This document shows positions 17,384 through 21,458 of a stretch of 21,458 bases of DNA, piece after piece (positions within the stretch are counted from its first letter, which is position 1; every line of letters begins with the position of its first letter). The DNA comes from Deinococcaceae bacterium. GTDB lineage: Bacteria; Deinococcota; Deinococci; Deinococcales; Trueperaceae. The translations under genes and the position numbers were made by a program. The notes under the pieces were generated by a model. It saw nothing but the letters and a program-made list of their open reading frames with translations, was not told the origin of the DNA and did not search any database. The stretch is from positions 1 to 21,458 of the forward strand of contig JBDZWC010000041.1 of the NCBI GenBank assembly GCA_040256005.1. The letters are read 5' to 3'.

Positions 17384-19051
17384 CTAGTCTTCTGCGAAGC
17401 CCGTGTCTTCGTTGATGAGCGGGAAGCCCGCGAGGACCGACTTCAGTTCGTAGCCCCACTCGACGTTCTCGCCGCGAGCGGCCACGAAGTTGAAGCCGAA
17501 GCCGGGCCACATCACGGCCCACTCGTTCGCCAGCAGCTGCGCTTCCTGCCACAGGCGCACCTGCTCCTCGACGTCCGTCTCGACGCGTGCCTGTTCGATG
17601 AGGTCGTCGACGCTGTCGACCTGCCCGTCACCGTCGGCGTCAACCGCACCGATATGCGAGAAGTTGAGGCTGGGGTTGGTGCCGATGCTGACGATCGACG
17701 CTGACAGGTAGAACTGCGTGAGGAAGACGTCCGCGGTCGGTCGCATGACGTTGTAAGCGACTATCGGCTCGGCATCACCCAGACGGTACGAACCGTAGGT
17801 CGCGTGGTCGACGGTCTGGAACGCCACGTCGATCCCGCACTGGGCGAGCTGGGCCTGGGCGTTGGTCGCGTAGGACTGGTAGTCCTCGCGAGCCGTCATG
17901 GTCGCCGACACCGAGACCCCGTCGGGGAAGCCGGCCTGTGCAAGCTCAGCCCTCGCAGCCTCTGTGCCGCGGCCGTACACGTACGACTTACCGTCCTCTG
18001 CCTCGCGGGCGCGGACCTCCTCGAGGGTCATCCCGCCGGGCATGTAAGGCGGCACCAACGTGTAGATGTTCTCCGTGATGTCTATCCCGACCGTTGCCCT
18101 GGTGGTATCGCGGTCGAGGCACTCCATGAAAGCACGGCGGACGTGGAGGTTGTCGAACGGCGGCTTGGTCATGTTGAGGTGCAGTTGGACCGTCTGGCCC
18201 GGGCCGTACACGTCGACCACGACGCCGGAGTAGGTCCTCATCTCCTCGACGAAGTCCTGCGTGGCACCCGAGATCACGTCGATCTCGCCGTTGCGAAGGG
18301 CGAACTTGCGGCTGCTCTCGCTGGGCATGTACGTGAACGTCACGCGCTCCAGCCGCGCTGGATCACGGAAGTAGTCAGGGTTGCGCGTGACGACGACGCC
18401 CTCGCGCGGCACGTACTCCTGGAAGACGAACGGACCCGTACCGACGGGGTGCGTCTGGTAGTCATCACCCAGGTCCTCGGCGGCCTGCTGGCACATGATT
18501 AGCCCGCCGGAGTCGTTCGCGACGAGGGGCAGGAACAGCACCTCTGAGATCGGGTCCTCTGAGGTGATGCGCACGGTGAGGTCGTCTACGGCCTCGAACG
18601 TCATGCCGAGGTAGCTACCCGAGTAGGCCGATGTGGCCGGGTCAGCCGCCGACTGCAAAGAGAAGACGACGTCGGCTGCGGTGAGCTGGTACCCGGGATG
18701 GGACTGGCCGGTCGCGGGGTTGGTCCACGGGTGGCACATCGCGTCGTCACGAAGGTTGAACGTCCAGACGCGGCTGTCTTCCGACGCCGACCAGCTCTCG
18801 GCGAGGTCAGGTTGGAAAGGAGCCGCCATGTCGCCGGGCGCGAAGCGGACCAGGCCGTTGAAGATCGTGGCCACTATGCCGCGGTCTTCCTTCGCCGTGA
18901 CGATGTGGGGATGGAGCGAGGCCGAGTCCGCGATGGCGAGCGCGACACGAAGGTTACCCTCACTTGGTTGTGCCGCGGCGAACGCGGCGAGCGACATGAT
19001 GGCCGCCAGACCGGCGGCCCTGAGAGTTGAGGTTGCTCTACCTTTCGTCAA
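17384..19051 (-). CDS. ABC transporter substrate-binding protein, family 5 (DppA/OppA-like fold)
   Basis: Signal peptide ending AAFAAA-Q, IFNGLV, PDLAESW..SED...WTF.LR, TAADVVFS, HPVGTGPF and PPFDN..VRRA motifs. TTG start with GGAGGT RBS. Confidence 0.94.
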   Translation of the reverse strand: MTKGRATSTLRAAGLAAIMSLAAFAAAQPSEGNLRVALAIADSASLHPHIVTAKEDRGIVATIFNGLVRFAPGDMAAPFQPDLAESWSASEDSRVWTFNLRDDAMCHPWTNPATGQSHPGYQLTAADVVFSLQSAADPATSAYSGSYLGMTFEAVDDLTVRITSEDPISEVLFLPLVANDSGGLIMCQQAAEDLGDDYQTHPVGTGPFVFQEYVPREGVVVTRNPDYFRDPARLERVTFTYMPSESSRKFALRNGEIDVISGATQDFVEEMRTYSGVVVDVYGPGQTVQLHLNMTKPPFDNLHVRRAFMECLDRDTTRATVGIDITENIYTLVPPYMPGGMTLEEVRAREAEDGKSYVYGRGTEAARAELAQAGFPDGVSVSATMTAREDYQSYATNAQAQLAQCGIDVAFQTVDHATYGSYRLGDAEPIVAYNVMRPTADVFLTQFYLSASIVSIGTNPSLNFSHIGAVDADGDGQVDSVDDLIEQARVETDVEEQVRLWQEAQLLANEWAVMWPGFGFNFVAARGENVEWGYELKSVLAGFPLINEDTGFAED

Positions 19052-19244
19052 GATCTACCTCCGCATAGATTGCTTGTGACGGACGAGAACGACGGGCCCG
19101 CGCTGACACGGGAGCTGCCCGAGGCATGGTCCTACTCGGAAACACCTCCTTGCCGAACCACTGGAGACGGCTGCGATCGCGCAGGCTTCGTCAATTCGGA
19201 ACCCCTTACTCGATCCCCGGACGATGAATATGGCTGTGGAGCCA

Positions 19245-19272
19245 AAACTAGCACACGGTATGCCGGTATGCA
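19245..19272 (-). promoter_or_regulatory. Second copy of the candidate operator, overlapping an extended -10 of the ABC operon
   Basis: Minus strand reads TGCATACCGGCATACCGTGTGCTAGTTT. GCATACCGTGTGCT (19250-19263) is 13/14 identical to 5073-5086 and runs into TG-C-TAGTTT (TGnTANNNT). Confidence 0.6.
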
Positions 19273-19285
19273 ATGGTGAGCGACG

Positions 19286-20194
19286 GTGCTGATCGCCCTG
19301 CTGGATGTGGTCGTTCCCGCGTACCTCGTCGTTGGCGTCGGGGTCCTGTTCGGCTGGCGCTTTAAGCCCGCGCTCTCCCAGGTGAACCGGCTGGCGCTCT
19401 ATGCCGCCACGCCTGCGCTTGTGTTCGACAGCATCTACGACACGGACGTCAAGCTCGGCAACGTGGCCCAGCTACTGTCCGGCTACGCGATCTTCCTCGT
19501 CGCCATGGGGCTGGTCGCATGGCTCGTCTCATGGCGTCTGTTGCCAACGGAGCGGCGTGGCTTGGTCGCCACCAGTGTGTTCGGCAACGCCGCGAACCTG
19601 ATGCTGCCGGTGGCGCTCTTCGCCTTCGGCGAGCCGGGGCTGCACCGGGCTCTCATCCTCTTCGTGTTCACCTCGGTACTCATCTACTCGGTGGCCCCGC
19701 TCGTCCTGACCGGCTTCGGTCGCCGGCCGGACGGCGGCCGCTCGGCCGAGATCCTCAAGCTGCCTGTGCTGTGGGCCGCCGTGGCCGCGCTCGTCACGAA
19801 CCTCGCGGGCGTCGAGGTTCCGACCGGACTATCACGCGGTATCGAGCTGCTGGGTGGCGCGGCGATCCCCATCGTCCTGCTGGCGCTCGGCATGCAGGTC
19901 CAACGGACCGGGGTACGGTTGCCCAGCGGTGTGAGCGTGCTAGGCGCGGCGCTCAGGCTACTGGTCGGCCCGTGCGTGGCGCTGATAGCGGGGACGTTGG
20001 TGGGCGCGACGGGCATCGACCTGGCGATCCTCACCCTGCTGGGTGGGATGCCGCCCGCCGTGATGATGTTCGTCCTGGCGATCGAATACGAGGTGAAGGC
20101 CGAGGACGTCGCGGGGACCGTCATCCTCGCGACCTTCTCGGCGGTGCTCACCTTGCCGGCGATCGTCTACCTGCTGCAGCACCTCGTCACATAG
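19286..20194 (+). CDS. AEC (auxin efflux carrier / malate permease-like) family transporter
   Basis: About 10 hydrophobic segments with Y.ATPALVF, FGNAANL.LPVALFAFGE.GL, GAAIP.VL.ALG.Q, LRLLVGP and MPPAV motifs. Confidence 0.92.
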   Translation: MLIALLDVVVPAYLVVGVGVLFGWRFKPALSQVNRLALYAATPALVFDSIYDTDVKLGNVAQLLSGYAIFLVAMGLVAWLVSWRLLPTERRGLVATSVFGNAANLMLPVALFAFGEPGLHRALILFVFTSVLIYSVAPLVLTGFGRRPDGGRSAEILKLPVLWAAVAALVTNLAGVEVPTGLSRGIELLGGAAIPIVLLALGMQVQRTGVRLPSGVSVLGAALRLLVGPCVALIAGTLVGATGIDLAILTLLGGMPPAVMMFVLAIEYEVKAEDVAGTVILATFSAVLTLPAIVYLLQHLVT

Positions 20195-20261
20195 GTCCCC
20201 GGCGTGCCGTGCCCCGTCGGATTGTCGGAGCTCCAGCCCCTCATGGACTAGCCAACCAGTA

Positions 20262-20366
20262 GTGAACCCCACCTACGCGTCCTCGGGCTTCGTCAACTTT
20301 CCGTTCGACGAGGACTATGAGTCGATTCTCAAAGCCATCTGCTTCTACCCCGTCGTGCGACATTAG
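20262..20366 (+). pseudogene. Possible N-terminal stub of a conserved hypothetical protein of the VF(I/V)NCPFD..Y type
   Basis: Manual translation VNPTYASSGFVNFPFDEDYESILKAICFYPVVRH* resembles a recalled N-terminal pattern VF(I/V)NCPFDxxY.P.L.A+.F. From memory only, no search run. Confidence 0.4.
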
Positions 20367-20478
20367 AGACTACCCAACTGTAGAAGCCGTGAAGTCTATG
20401 CAGGCGTGGATGCGGTTGGGACAACCGGTGCCCTAGCGGTTCTGACCGAAGCTCGATACCTACGCGCGTCTCCATGCC

Positions 20479-20720
20479 TCAATCCTCACTGCCATCAGCC
20501 CTGAACGTCCGGTGAAACGGGGCGTACAGCATCACTAAAGGCGGGAGCACCGCGCACGCCGGAATCACGGTCGTGTAGTTGCTAACGGCATCGAAGCCCA
20601 GAGCGAAGGATGAGCGGACCCGCTGCGGTGCCCTCCAATCAGCAGCGGGAACACCGCCGTCGCCAGTGCCATGCCCAGGCCGAGGAGCCCAACGGCGAGC
20701 CCGCGCCGACTGGTGAATCC
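20479..20720 (-). pseudogene. MFS transporter remnant (internal deletion plus frameshifts)
   Basis: Minus strand gives FTSRRGLAVGLLGLGMALATAVFPLLI (TM5-type motif) joined almost directly to GTAAGPLI/FALGFDAVSNYTTV...VLPPLVMLYAPF (last helices). Stop at 20479-20481. Confidence 0.65.
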
Positions 20721-20834
20721 AAGGCGCGGCTTACCCTCGACTGGGTGAGGACCAGCGTCTGGCCGCGGTTGGGCGCCAATCGCGGCACGGCTCCGACCAA
20801 GGAAGAAAAAGAAGAGCTGCTTGGCTACTCATGA
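20709..20834 (+). pseudogene. vapB: VapB-type antitoxin, C-terminal remnant
   Basis: LDWVRTSVWPRLG...PTKEEKEELLGYS* resembles C-termini of antitoxins paired with this VapC subfamily. ATGA overlap with vapC. The upstream part of ORF 20610..20834 is antisense to the MFS remnant. Confidence 0.6.
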
Positions 20835-21232
20835 TCGTCGATACGAGTGCTTTGCTTCATGTCCTGTTCGCTGAGGAGGGCGCCGAGCGGTGTGTGGAGT
20901 TCCTCGCCGCCCAGACCAAGCTGCTGGTGGCGGCCCCGACCATCCTCGAGACCGAGATCGTGTTCGGGGCGAAGCAAGGGTTCCATAGCGGAGACGTCAC
21001 AGAGCTCGTCGACCGGCCTGGCGTCAAGATCGTGCCGTTCGAGCGCGACCATGCTCTCGAGGTCAAGCTCGCCTACGCGCGCTACGGCAAGGGCCAAGGG
21101 CATGCGGCACGGCTCAACTTTGGCGACTGCATCACCTACGCCGTCGCCAAACGGGAAGGAAGACCGGTCGTCTTCAAGGGCGATGACTTCAACCGAACAG
21201 ACTTCGAGTTCGTGCGGCTGCCGCTCTCGTGA
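20831..21232 (+). CDS. vapC: Type II toxin-antitoxin VapC (PIN-domain) ribonuclease toxin
   Basis: MIVDTSAL, T.LE, AY.RYGKG.GH.A.LNFGDC.TYA.AK and FKGDDF..TD motifs. The acidic active-site residues are present. Confidence 0.95.
   Translation: MIVDTSALLHVLFAEEGAERCVEFLAAQTKLLVAAPTILETEIVFGAKQGFHSGDVTELVDRPGVKIVPFERDHALEVKLAYARYGKGQGHAARLNFGDCITYAVAKREGRPVVFKGDDFNRTDFEFVRLPLS
21136..21232 (+). repeat. Right copy of the 97-bp direct repeat (3' end of the intact vapC)
   Basis: 92/97 identical to 308..404. Confidence 0.95.
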
Positions 21233-21246
21233 CCTCCCACATATAG

Positions 21247-21458
21247 CTACTCCGCGACCAAGCGCGATACGTCGTCCTCAACGTTAGACAACAGTTGCAA
21301 GACCGCGTCACGAGCCCCATCGCCATCCCCCGCCTCGATCCGGAGAAGAAGCTGCTCGTGCAGTGCAAGCCTGTTCGAGGGCCCCACGTGCAGCTGCGAG
21401 TGAAGCAGGAAGCTGAGCATCATGGGCACTTCCAGGATGCGCCCGAGGGCCACGAAGA
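21247..21458 (-). CDS. FadR/GntR-family regulator, C-terminal FCD part (runs off the window)
   Basis: LHEQLLLRIEAGDGDGARDAVLQLL matches the H..(I/L)...I..GD...A..A...L FCD C-terminal pattern. Confidence 0.7.
   Translation of the reverse strand, partial: FVALGRILEVPMMLSFLLHSQLHVGPSNRLALHEQLLLRIEAGDGDGARDAVLQLLSNVEDDVSRLVAE

Noticed and set aside
308..21232. Calling the block a definite integrative element or prophage
   Set aside because: No integrase, transposase, relaxase or phage gene is present, and the repeat orientation is opposite to classical 3'-end integration. It is kept only as a hypothesis.
1..21458. CRISPR array, tRNA or rRNA genes
   Set aside because: No regularly spaced repeats or recognisable structural RNA sequences were seen by eye.

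Overview
GC-rich bacterial window. Deinococcota/Trueperaceae is a tentative inference from a probable leaderless promoter and signal-peptide style. The core (4247-20194) is an essentially intact ~16-kb catabolic cluster for an unknown nitrogen-containing substrate, probably a cyclic amide or N-heterocycle. It has two convergent operons. The + operon encodes a creatininase-family hydrolase, a DapA-like aldolase, an M29/AmpS-like protein, hydantoinase/oxoprolinase A and B, and a class I/II aminotransferase. The - operon encodes a family-5 solute-binding protein, two ABC permeases (no ATPase), a second M29/AmpS-like protein, a maleate isomerase/Asp-Glu racemase-family protein and a GntR-FCD regulator. 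Divergent FAH-family and AEC transporter genes flank them. Both divergent promoter regions share the motif GCATACCGT(A/G)TGCT, a candidate operator. The 937-aa 'HyuB-aminotransferase fusion' in the ORF track is explained by one extra G in a G7 run. Both flanks are dense with deletion-collapsed pseudogenes (MMPL, a second creatininase-DapA pair, a chromate transporter pair, an FAD oxidoreductase, MFS, vapB). The whole ~20.8-kb block is bracketed by a 97-bp direct repeat (92/97 identical) of the 3' end of a vapC toxin gene. No integrase, rRNA, tRNA or CRISPR array was seen.
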